A DNA stretch of 64,000 nt, from positions 62,001-126,000 of the forward strand of contig NIVC01000734.1 of assembly GCA_002269645.1 (NCBI GenBank), given 5' to 3'. Positions 12,767 through 24,260 of this stretch are shown piece after piece. Each line of letters opens with the position of its first letter. The first letter of the stretch is position 1. The notes beneath the pieces are model-generated. The model searched no databases, was not told the origin of the DNA, and saw only the letters and a program-made list of their open reading frames with translations. The DNA is from Macrostomum lignano. Lineage: Eukaryota. The translations under genes were made by a program, and so were the position numbers.

Positions 12767-12919
12767 TCACAGTTGACATAGTACTTTCTTCGCCACATGC
12801 CACTCTTGGAAAGTAGCAAATATCCAGCAACATTTCTTTAGTGTGTTTGTTAGAACCATTCCTTCGATGAGTGAACTGATTTCTTTGTCAGTCAGATTGA
12901 AAAATCTTTTGGTAGCCAT
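12767..12919 (-). pseudogene. Crypton-like (DUF3504-type tyrosine recombinase) N-terminal remnant, 50 aa
   Basis: Manual translation MATKRFFNLTDKEISSLIEGMVLTNTLKKCCWIFATFQEWHVAKK resembles the RF..l.eeel..l......NT.k.T.w....f.eW N-terminus of Crypton proteins; the catalytic region is absent. Confidence 0.4.
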
Positions 12920-14818
12920 TTTAACTAGCTAGCTAAGCCAAGCACTCACACTGTCTTTCTTCTTTTTATGAGCACTTCTTTCATTTAGTGGTACAGTACT
13001 TTAATGCTAGTGTCTATGGCCATTTTTGCTTTTAGCTTTGTACTTTATGCTATTCAACTGAGGGATACATATAATATTCCCCATTAATACTAGCCGAGGT
13101 CAATAAGTGAGGCACAAATGCATTTTTGCCCTAGCACTGGTATAAATGGGGAATATATACCATTTATATATACTATTTCTATTTATATTATAATAAACCA
13201 AATTTAATATATAAGATCATCTTCATAGGTTAGTTTCTGGATTATTGAAATTGATCACTAAAACCCTTTATACCTTTATACCTTTGGTTTTTTTATTTGC
13301 AATGTGAAGTGATAGTGTTATGATAGATAAATAAAAGGGATTAGATTAGAGTGCTTGTCAATTGTTGATTTGCATTTTGATAAAAAAACAACATTTTTGT
13401 CTTATCTCTTTCTCTCTAATGTGGTTTGTCATTAATTTCAATGATTATAAACCAAAGGAATGCCTAATGATTTATATGCATAAATAGAAAGATTTTTTTT
13501 TAGTTAAATTTGTCTAAAAAATATTTTGCCAATTTTTCCAAAAAAGTTATTATTTTAAACATAGTAATAACTGGCCTTGCTATTTTCTTATAAGATAATA
13601 CTAGGCTGTAAGCCAAACTTTTGATGCTCTTTAGCCACAAAAAAAGTAACTTTCCATTTTTAAGTGACTTGTTGAAACCATTTAATTGTACTCGTAGTTA
13701 TCACATTGCATCAAGACCTGGTCTTTGAAGTGAAATTGAAATAAAAAAATGTTGGTTGAAAAAGTAGAGTACATTTTTAATCTTTTTAGCCATTTTGTTT
13801 TTATAGCGGAAGAGTAATAGCATGTTTTGAAAAATGTTAAAAGAAAATGGAGGGGTAAGTGATGCATGTTTTGCATTCAATAAAAATATAACCTAGTTGT
13901 GAATATAAGTAAATTTTAATGATTGTTTGCCTAGAGAGAGTTTGAGTATTAGCCATTTGCACTTTTTCATTGAATTGTATACCATGAGATGGTGAATAAA
14001 TCAGCTGCATTGGTGTTAGATTCTCCTCTAACTGAGGAGTTGAACTTGTTATATCTATAGATCATCGAATATGAATTAATCCACTTTAGATTTGATAAGC
14101 TTCTAACCAATAAACAAATAGGCTTACTGAATCAGTCTTTTATGTTCTAGAATCTAGTTAGCACTATCTTGTGAAAAAGTGATGACTTGTCTAGTCCCAG
14201 TCACCAGTTGATGTTTAAATATATCATAAAGAGATGCCCCCAGTATCAGCAACTGGTATTGATCTTTGGTAGGATTTGACACTAGTGGTAAGTACTTAAT
14301 GTCCTATACTTACCATTTGTTACTTGCTTTACTCATATTCCTAGGCTTTAACAATTCTTCTGCTCAGGGCATATTGTCTCACTCATGGCTGGCAAATCTG
14401 CAAGGACATTTTGGTATTCACAAACAAATCAGTTTGATTTGCCTAGCTTATGTAATAGACTAGGATCTAGGTCAATGAAACAGACAGTTAGGCAACCAGA
14501 TGAAGGCTAACAGAAGCCAGTGTGTTCCCACACAGGTGTTGGGAATCGTTGATCCCAAATTGCACCCCACCTACCAATCTGGCTGTATTGTCGATCATTT
14601 TCCGAGTGCATCTAAAAATAGAATGCCAGAGCGCCGTTGAAAGTAAAGTGAAATCTGAATCTTTCCCCTTTAACCCTAATAGAAGAGATAGGCAGGCTCC
14701 CACGTTTTGCCATGGTAGATATAGATAAATGTGCACCTCTAAATGTACATTGTGAAATCTTTCCTATCCCTAGTCAATGTGCATTTCTTTCCTTCCAGTT
14801 CGACCCTACTATCAAGCA

Positions 14819-17496
14819 ATGCCTGGCGCTAAAAAGCAACAGCAGCAGCAGCAAGACTACAGTCAGTTAAAACTGACCGAATTGCGAGAGCTTTGTCACA
14901 ATCGCGGCATCAAAGTGTCCGGTAGGAAAAGCGAACTAATTGATCGATTAATTAATCTGGATTCGAACGGACACGATTCGAACAATAGTTCGAATACTAT
15001 TGCCGGGCATAGTAAGAAGAAGGCGGCAGCTGCAGCAGCAACAGATTCATTTGGCTTCAGCGTGGCTTACCGAGGCGCTCTGGTTGACTCCGGCGCCGGG
15101 GGCAGCGGCTCCGGCGGCTTTGACAGCTCATCAACGGCCACCATGGAAAACAACGATCATTTGTCTCGAACCGAGTCGCAGTTTCAACTACGCCAGCTGG
15201 CTAAAGAACGCGAACGAGCCGAACGGGATCGATTAGTACTGTGGCGCCGTCCATTTGCTACAGTTTACTATGCACTGTTGGAGTGCAATTTTCTATTGAC
15301 TAATTTGATTATACGGCTGTGGCATAACCGGCTGAGGGTAGGCCTAGTTGCTCTACTGCTCATGGCTCTGGCCGGTCTGAGACATGTTGAAGGTCCGCAT
15401 CGTCGGTATTTGGACATCGTCGAAGACACTGGACTGTGGTGCTCCTGGTGGATCTGGCTCGGGATCTTGTCTAGTGTCGGTTTAGGCACCGGCCTGCACA
15501 CGTTTCTCATCTATTTGGGCCCGCATATCGCCCGGGTTACACTGGCCGCTTACGAGTGTCGCACTTTGGACTTTCCTCAGCCGCCATATCCTGCCGAGAT
15601 TGGCTGTCCTAGCGAGACTGTGCCGGATACAGTGCTGGCGCCTTCTATATGGGCCATCTTGTCTAAGGTATATTCTACTGTCTTCTCAAATCCTCACAGA
15701 TCCTCTTCTGTCTTCTTAAATCCTCACAGATTCTCTTCTGCCTTCTCAAATCCTCACAGATCCTCTTCTGTCTTCTCAAATCCTCTCAGATCCTCTTCTG
15801 TCTTCTCAAATCCTCACAGATCCTCTTCTGCCTTCTCAAATCCTCACAGATCCTCTTCTGTCTTCTCAAATCCTCACAGATCCTCTTCTGTCTTCTCAAA
15901 TCCTCTCAGATCCTCTACTGCCTTCTCAAATCCTCACAGATCCTCTTCTGCCTTCTCAAATCCTCACATATCCTATCCTACCTTCTCAAATCCTCACAGA
16001 TCCTCAGGATAGGATCTGCCTTCTCTTAAATTCTTAATTTAGAAAGTGTTGGGATTTTAAATCAGTTGTGATCCCAACGCGATTACAAAAATCCGCAGGT
16101 CCGTCTCGAGGCGTTCAGCTGGGGCGCTGGCACAGCCATTGGCGAATTGCCGCCCTACTTTCTTGCCCGAGCTGCCCGACTGTCCGGCATGGATCCGGAC
16201 AGCGAAGAGCTGGACGAGTTAGAGGAGCTGCTGCACGAGCAGCGACATTTGGCCCGGTCGCCGGCTGCTAAAACCCAGTTGCCGTTTAGCACTCGAGTCA
16301 AGCTGCTTGTAAGCTGAACTGTGGTTGTTGTTAGTAAATTTGGGATTATTGATGAAGGGTAAAGACTTCAGGAGCATTGTCCTCCTCTGAGAATCTCCAT
16401 TCAGGACAAAGACTTCAGAACCCCCCCTTTTAAGAATATCCCTTCAGGACAATGACTTCAGAAACCCCCCTTTGAAAATCTCCCTTCAGGATAAAGACTT
16501 CAGGAACATTCGCCCCCCCCCCTTGAGAATCTCCCTTCAGAATAAAGACTTCAGGAACACGCCTCTGAGAATCTCCTTTCGGGATAAAGACTTCAGGAAC
16601 ATTGCCCTCTCCCCTTTGAGAATCTTCCTTCAGGATAAGGACTTCAGGAACATTGCCCACCTTTGAGAATCTCCCTTCAGGATAAAGTCTTCAGGAACAT
16701 TGCCCCCTCTGAGAATCTCCCTTTAGGATAAAGACTTCAGGAAAATGCCCCCTCTGAGAATCTCCCTTCAGGATAGAGTCTTCGGGAACATGCTCCCTCT
16801 CTGAGAATCTCCCTTCAGGATAAAGACTTCAGGAACATTGGCCCCTCTGAGAATCTCCTTTCATGATGCTTCATCTAGAAAATCGCCCTTAATGCAAATC
16901 TATATAACTTGTTAGATTTTAAGCATGCTTTGACCAATATCTTTATATACCTCAATCTCTAATCCCCGCAGGTGCACAACCTTGTTCAACGCCTCGGCTT
17001 CTGGGGCATCCTGCTATGCGCCTCGATCCCAAATCCTCTATTCGATCTAGCCGGCATCACATGCGGTCATTTTCTAATCCCATTTCAAACATTCTTCTTT
17101 GCCACCCTAATTGGCAAAGCTGTGATTAAAATGCACCTACAGATGCTATTTGTTGTGTTTGCATTCTCGCCGCATCTGGTTGAACGCTTGGCCACCTGGA
17201 TTGGCGGGGCGCCATTGTTTGGCCAGTTCATGGAGTCGCTGATTCGCGACCTGCTGGAGAAACAGCGTCGGTCGCTTCATCGTCCAGCTGGTGGAGAGGC
17301 CGCAGCTGCTGCGGCAGCCTCCAGCGGTAGCGCCGGTCGCAGCCTCCTACAGCAGGGCTTTGAGCTACTGGTTGCTGGCATGATTCTGTACTTTCTAGTG
17401 TCAATTGTAAACTCCTTTGCTCAGAGCTACTACAAACGGCAATACCATCGGGACAAGGCGGTACGGCGAGCTGAAGAGGCGGCTAAGTTCTACTGA
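14819..17496 (+). CDS. VMP1: Vacuole membrane protein 1 with N-terminal SAP domain; join(14819..15667,16099..16308,16972..17496), about 527 aa
   Basis: VMP1 motifs [46 protein letters not shown] and [21 protein letters not shown] phase-0 introns join in frame; AATAAA at about 17536. Confidence 0.93.
15678..16010. repeat. 30-bp minisatellite in VMP1 intron 1 (TCTTCTCAAATCCTCACAGATCCTCTTCTG)
   Basis: About 11 tandem units. Confidence 0.95.
16360..16860. repeat. About 43-45-bp minisatellite in VMP1 intron 2 (GAGAATCTCCCTTCAGGATAAAGACTTCAGGAACATTGCCCCCTCT-like)
   Basis: About 11 degenerate tandem units. Confidence 0.9.
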
Positions 17497-18248
17497 TTGA
17501 TTCGATTGATTTAATAATGAAAATGATACAGTGGCAATAAAGGCTAAAAAGTAGTTGCTTTTACCTGCGGGGACGCTTTTTGGCCTAGGTACAGTTTTCA
17601 TCGCGGTTGGGTAGCGTACCCAACAAGGTAACAAACCTTCAAATCAATGTAGGTCCATGGTATGGAAGAGAAACTATTAAGAAAAGTATGGAGAGATAAG
17701 GAAATAACCTCTTGGTCCAAGTTATAAAGGTCTTTCCTTTTCTTATTTACAAATCGTTTAAAATTGTTCTCTCCCTTGTACCTGGCGCAGTGAAATTCCA
17801 AAGTCCAGTTGCTTTTAGATTAGCGGGTTCTGTTTTGTGTTTGCCTTTTTTCCTAGCGTCAAGTATGAGAAAATCACTTTCATCGTTTGCAAAAGAATTT
17901 CTGTGTGAAATTCAGTTTTTGTTTTGTCATTTAAATTTCTTTAATTCTAAAAATTTCGATTAAAATATACGTGCATTGTCACCTAGTTCGAACGATTTTA
18001 CTAGTTTCCTAATTTTTTGAGTTCCTTGCTTTTTGTGTCTTTATTATCTGACTAGTTTTGTCGCAATCGTTCCGAAGTAGTCATTAAAAGCTAGTTAAGC
18101 TATCTCGAGAATATTGCAAGTGACATTCTAACACCTAACTATAGTTTTATGTGTAGCATTCCAACCTTAGTCGTGTCATGTCTTAACTTTGAATTTTGTC
18201 ACTTTCTGTTGTGAATCGCTTTTAAGATGGTTCGTTGAGCACAAACAG

Positions 18249-18460
18249 CCTCCAACATCCTTATAGAAGGGCCTCCAAAGTCCTTATAGAATGGCCTCCA
18301 ACATCCTTATTGAATCGCCTCCAACATCCTCATAGAATCGCCTCCAACATCCTTATAGAATCGCCTCCAACATCCTTATAGAATGCCCCCCCCAAATTTT
18401 TATTGAATCGCCTCCAACATCCTTATAGAATCGCCCCCAACATCCTTATAGTATCGTTTA
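18249..18460. repeat. 23-bp minisatellite (CCTCCAACATCCTTATAGAATCG)
   Basis: About 9 units. Confidence 0.9.
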
Positions 18461-19465
18461 CAACGTCACCCTTAAAAAGGTTTATTTTGAATTGCTAAAA
18501 TTTTCCCGAAACATTTGATACATTTGGCTCATCAATTGCTTTTAACTCGGCCGTTTCTTATGCTACTGATGCCACCATTAGCATAAAGTTCATAATGTTC
18601 TATCAAAAATTATTTGATATGCATTTGCTGTTAATTGTTTTCGGTAGTTATAAAATTTGATTTTACTTTCAAGTTTGATCTCTCTTACTATTGCTTTTCT
18701 ATGAGTAGTCTGTTATGATTTATCTTTGCCTCATTACATTCATTATTACAGCGATCCAATAGCAATTGATTGTGTGATGAATAACTTGTGCCATTTGTTT
18801 ATCCGCTCAAAAATTAGTTAACGTCTGATGCAATCCGTCATTCATTACGTACGAGCGTATATATTTGCACATGGGCTGTAACTGAGTCAGTCAGAAAAGA
18901 AATACGCGTTATTTATTTTCTTTGGCCGGTAATGGTTTCATTTTTGCTTACTTATAATTACAGGTCAAAGCCTTCTAATTGTTATAATATCTATGTACAC
19001 TTAACTGAGTATGTTTTAAGTGTTACTCATTAGCTTCAATTTTATTAGTAAAATAATACACGTGCTTAGCAGAATGCTTATGCGTTACTTCAGCATGATA
19101 TTTAATATTTTAATTCGCTCAGAATCGACTATGCCAAAGTTGTTTTCTTGCTTTTTATCTCCCTCCCTCCCTAACAACACTTTAACTCGTTGATAAAATA
19201 AACGGGACTTTGCACCGAATCAATGAATGGTTCTTTTGGCCATAGACATTTTAAATGGACAAGTGAACTTAAAACATCGATTCTATCAATCAAGTCTTTC
19301 TATTTTTAGAACTCTTTTTACATGTATAACTTTTTCCGACCTCGATTTGTTGTCTATGGTTGAAAGGCAATGATGTCCTGCATGTTAGGCTTGCCTCGGG
19401 GGGGGAGGGGGGAATGCGGCTGGCTTCTTAAGACTTAGAGCATAGTAGCAGCATAAAACAAAACA

Positions 19466-19810
19466 ATGAGCAATGCTTCGCCAATTACTCATTATCGACA
19501 TAGTCAGCTTCAAGGCCTGGCCTTGCTTCAATCGGAATCAGTAATTATCGTTGACAAACGGGAAGGCTATTCTTTCCCTACTAATAGTAAGCCTCGAGCA
19601 AAAGTAGAGGCATCAACAGGTAGAGAAAGTCGCTGCGTTGTTGTCAATGACGATCACCTGTTCCCAGACGCTGTAACTCCTAGCAAAGTTGATGTTAATC
19701 TGTGCGAAACCTACGACGTGCCGTATATGGACGATGATTGTTTCATACTGGACGAGTGTTGGTACATCACGGATGACAGCAGACTGACCTGCCTTCGCGG
19801 CGGAGAGTGA
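19466..19810 (+). CDS. Hypothetical 114-aa protein
   Basis: Non-repetitive ATG-to-stop ORF with more balanced GC than its AT-rich flanks; no recognised family. Confidence 0.3.
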   Translation: MSNASPITHYRHSQLQGLALLQSESVIIVDKREGYSFPTNSKPRAKVEASTGRESRCVVVNDDHLFPDAVTPSKVDVNLCETYDVPYMDDDCFILDECWYITDDSRLTCLRGGE

Positions 19811-21212
19811 TCAGGTCTGGACTAACATTTTACTACAATAATAATAGAAGTTGTTGAGTTTGACCTTTCTTGTTCCTGCTTAACCTTAAAATAGTTACAA
19901 GTAGTGCAACTTATACAATTTTCGCTACCAAATTCGTTGGTCAATTAAAGAACAAAATAACCCAAATTATAACCTGAACTCCCACCTCCACCTTGCATGA
20001 ATGTTTGAACTTTCTGTAACTCGTCAGTTCCTCGATCTATAACTTTGCTCTTGAATAACTTTTTCTACATGTACATGAGGCACAAACCTTGAGCAGACTT
20101 TGATTGCGTATTGAGAAGTTTCAAAAGAAGTTCGCACACCAGGTTGGCATTTGCGACCTGTAGCTGTTTCGTTTCATTAAGAGGACTTAAGCACTTTCAT
20201 AACTAGAATAACTATATATATACCGTTGTAACATTTCATAAGGCCTATTAAAAACTCATATGAAATAGACATTATATGTAGGCATGGCTGTTATAGTTAT
20301 TCAAATATTAGTTTTACGTTCACATAATTCACTGCATATTTGCCATAATAGTTCTCGCGTATAGATATTTTTAGATTAGTAAATAACCTTTCAAGCCGGG
20401 TTTTTCGATAGCTATACAATGTACGGGGCTCGTACATTTAAACTGTGTTGTACAGACCCCGTCAGTGGCTATTCCACGGAAAATCCATGGAAGAATTGAA
20501 CCTTCCTCGTTTCTACATGTACATTCTGTAGTAAATTTGATTCCTTATCTGATCGCTCTCTGGTTCAGCTAAGGATAAAATACGCGCGTGTTGATAGAAG
20601 ATAGATGGTTGATAGATGGTTGGTAGAAGAGTTGTAGTCTTCGCAAACTAACTACTCTTCACAAAAACATGGTAGACAAGCAAATAACAAAGCAGGAAAT
20701 GAACTTAAAAGTTCCTGGGAATTCGGCCATCATCTCGGAGAAGTACAATTGCTGCTCAACAGAGTACACTGGACTTTCACTTTCAAGATTAAACTGGATT
20801 CGTTCTAAATGCTCCAGATTGTTCAAGCTTTGCAAACGCAGGTTCAGCAAGTGCCACCGCACGATCTGGGACCACAACTTGTTCGACTCTTCAATTTTCA
20901 TATTGTCATATTTGATTGACAGCTTCCGACACAGAATTAAAAATACTGTTCATTTCAATGTAAATATACTGCAGCAAAAAGTATTCAAAACCTTTTAATG
21001 TATACATCGGATTTTCTCTCGAACGAGTCTGTCTATGGCCAAACCCCCAGTGCAGCGAGCGCTATTGCGTATCTGGAGTGGAAAGAGAAAAGAAAGGACG
21101 ATATGTCGTTGAAGGCGTTGCACCAGGGTGCACCCACAACCGTCCTGTAGTAGACTCTCCGAACCAGTGGCGTGTACACAGAAATTTTATTCAGAGGGCG
21201 CCGCAAATTTTA

Positions 21213-22308
21213 GGGGCGTCGTGGTGGGCGCCCTTGTCTGTTGGTGGGCGCCCCTGTCTTTTGATTAGCGCCCCTGTCAGTTGGTGGGCGCCCCTGTCAC
21301 TTGGTGGGCGCCCCTGTCTATTAATGGGCGCCCCTGTCTCTTAATGGGCGCCTCTATTTCTTGGTGGGCGCCCCTATCACTTAATGGGCGCCCCTGTCTA
21401 TTAGTGGGCGCCCCTGTCTCTTGGTGAGCGCCCCTGTTTCTTGGTGGGCGCCCCTATCTCTTGGTGAGCGCCCCTGTCTCTTAGAGGGCGCCCCTGTCTA
21501 TTAATGGGCGCCCCTGTCTCTTAATAGGCGCCTCTGTCTCTTGGTGGGCGCCCCTATCTCTTGGTGGGCGCCCCTGTCTCTTGGTGGGCGCCCCTGTCTC
21601 TTGGTGGGCGCCCCTGTCTCTTAATCGGCGCCCCTGTCTCTTAATGGGTGCCTCTGTCTCTTGGTGGGCGCCCCTGTCTCTTAATGGGTACCCCTGTGTC
21701 TTGATGGGCGCCCCAGTCTATTAGTGGGCGCCCCTGTCTATTAATGGGCGCCCCTGTCTCTTAATAGGCGCCTCTGTCTCTTGGTGGGCGCCCCTATCTC
21801 TTGGTGGGCGCCCCTGTCTCTTGGTGGGCGCCCCTGTCTCTTGGTGGGCGCCCCTGTCTCTTAATCGGCGCCCCTGTCTCTTAATGGGTGCCTCTGTCTC
21901 TTGGTGGGCGCCCCTGTCTCTTAATGGGTACCCCTGTGTCTTGATGGGCGCCCCAGTCTATTAGTGGGCGCCCCTGTCTCTTACTGGGCGCCCCTGTCAC
22001 TTAATGGGCGCCCCTGTCTCTTGGTGGGAGCCCCTGTCTTTTGATTAGCGCCCCTGTCTCTTGGTGGGCGCCCCTGTCTCTTAATGGGCGCTCCTGTCTC
22101 TTAATGGGCGCCTCTGTTTCTTGGTGGGCGCCCCTATCACTTAATGGGAGCCCCTGTCTATTAGTGGGCGCCCCTGTGTCTTGGTGAGCGCCCCTGTCTC
22201 TTGGGTGGGCGCCCCTGTCTCTTGGTGAGCGCCCCTGTCTCTTGGGTGGGCGCCCCTGTCTCTTGGCGAACGCCCCTGTCTCTTGGTGAGCGCCCCTGTC
22301 TCTTGGTG
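21213..22308. repeat. 20-bp minisatellite (GGGCGCCCCTGTCTCTTGGT), array 1
   Basis: About 55 units; same family and orientation as 31786-32385. Confidence 0.95.
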
Positions 22309-22877
22309 GACTTTCTGACTCGATGTGCAATTACAACAGGGCTTCAAAAAGTGCTCTTATCGAAGTCAATTATATTATCGCTGTCTTAAGAAGCCTTAAA
22401 AGTAGGATAGATTCGATCTTCGAAAAAGCCGAAAAAGAATGCTTAATTACGATGGTTAATTACGCTCGTATTAAACCATCGGTGAAGGAAGTATCTTCCA
22501 GCGTATGAACATTGTATTTATCGAATAATAATTTGATATTTTGGGAACAGCGCTTGAAGCAATGATTTTACACTAAATTTGATAGTGTAATTATAGGTAA
22601 TTAATAGGCAATTATAGTGTTGACTCATTAAATATGAATAGTAGTTTGCAGTATTGGGTTTAAAAGTTGTTCTAGATAAATTTAGTGTATTAAATATTTA
22701 TGATTCATGTTCATATTGTGCACTTCTTTAAAAACAATTTGGTAAATAGTATAAGTTTTGTTTAACTATTTTGACTGTTTTCTTTAACTATTTTTAACTG
22801 TTTTGTTTAGCACGACACACTGTTCTGCATTTACTGCACTAAACGTTCCGATGATCCAGACAACCTTCGAGACCATC

Positions 22878-23627
22878 CTACAAACCGTCTCGGTGACCCC
22901 AACGACCGCCTCGACGACTCCAACGACTGCCTCGATGACCCCAACGACCGCCTCGACGACCCCAACGACCGCCTCGACGACCCCAACGACCGCCTCGACG
23001 ACCCCAGCGACTGCCTCGACGACCCCAACGACCGCCTCGACGACCCCAACGACCGCCTCGACGACCCCAACGACCGCCTCGACGACCCCAACGACCGACT
23101 CGACGACCCCAACGACCGCCTCGACGACCCCAACGACCGCCTCGACGACCCCAGCGACTGCCTCGACGACCCCAACGACCGCCTCGACGACCCCAACGAC
23201 CGCCTCGACGACCCCAACGACCGCCTCGACGACCCCAACGACCGCCTCGACGACCCCAACGACTGTTGCGTCCAGTCCACCGAACTCCGTAGAACCGTTC
23301 CCATCTCTTGCTGCCCGAACGTCCTCGAATCTTGCCACCAGAATGTCTCCAAACCTTGCCTTCGGAGTGCCCCCATCGGTCACCTGAATGATTACTCGAA
23401 TTGCTGCCTAATTTCGAATCTCTCAAGTCGCCTGTAGTAGGCTCGTCGTTGTCAACTGGAGTTTGAACCGTTGTTGGCGTTTTAGGCGTCGTTATTGTTG
23501 AGCTCACGCTTGTTGTCGTGGAGTCCGCAGTTTGGTTTTGAGATGTCAAATCGGTAGAGCAGCCTACACGTGCGTAGAGGCTCAGTAGAAACGGCAGACC
23601 AATTGTTAGCAGCAGCAAAGGGCGCAT
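22878..23627 (-). CDS. Secreted precursor with tandem xxRW-G-RR repeats; candidate RWamide neuropeptide prohormone (249 aa)
   Basis: Hydrophobic signal peptide MRPLLLLTIGLPFLLSLYARVGCS, a Ser/Thr-rich spacer, then 18 heptads of which 15 are xxRW-G-RR. Degenerate RW motifs continue in frame into the unique upstream sequence. Confidence 0.6.
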   Translation of the reverse strand: MRPLLLLTIGLPFLLSLYARVGCSTDLTSQNQTADSTTTSVSSTITTPKTPTTVQTPVDNDEPTTGDLRDSKLGSNSSNHSGDRWGHSEGKVWRHSGGKIRGRSGSKRWERFYGVRWTGRNSRWGRRGGRWGRRGGRWGRRGGRWGRRGGRWGRRGSRWGRRGGRWGRRGGRWGRRVGRWGRRGGRWGRRGGRWGRRGGRWGRRGSRWGRRGGRWGRRGGRWGRRGGRWGHRGSRWSRRGGRWGHRDGL

Positions 23628-24260
23628 GATCTGCGTCGGAGAAAGATTATAGAGCAGCTGGGATATTGAGTAGCCTTTGTATCTTAGGGATAAGAAAATC
23701 AGTACTCACATTGTCGCAGATTACAACCGATTGTCGGTCCTTTTAGTTAGCTATTTGACAAGATTTCAAAAGCACGGATTGTAGTAAGTAAGAGTTTGTT
23801 CTTCATGAAACTGCGCTGCCGCAGTCCTGAATCCTTTTAGGCGAAATGGCAGTTCAATGCCATAGACTATAAACTGTAAATCAAGGTACAGAACCTGTTG
23901 GCTTAGCTGATAGCTGGGAATAAAAATTGTCTACAATAAACGCATGGATGAATAATATAACTGGATCGCCAGAAGCTCGATTTTTTTGGTCCTAGCCATA
24001 GACAAGCACCAGCATCACAAGAAGCTCAGAATGCCGTACTTTCTACGCATTTTCACTTATCCTACTAAGTATAATTATAAATAAATGTGTGAAAGTTTGC
24101 GTTAAAAAGTTGTTATATAAAAAAGAGAGCTGGAAAAGCTCAGCTAAGAACTGAGCGAAAATATATGTAACTAGGCAGCTGCGAGCTGCAAATCCGACAA
24201 CCTCAGCCTCAGCCTCCGAAAGCCTCAGCTATAAGCTTATAACACTAACTAACTAATTAA

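Noticed and set aside
20659-22508. Short ORFs 20659-20901(-), 20669-20998(+), 21078-21344(+), 22323-22508(+) as exons of a gene
   Set aside because: No recognisable domain and no consistent splice-phase chain could be built.
22784-23387. Mucin-like plus-strand ORF (TTPTTAS)n and minus-strand (VVGVVEA)n ORF
   Set aside because: Alternative frames of the same 21-bp repeat. They lack a signal peptide or credible start, whereas the RW frame is continuous with a signal peptide and has in-frame degenerate motifs. Not fully excluded without RNA data.
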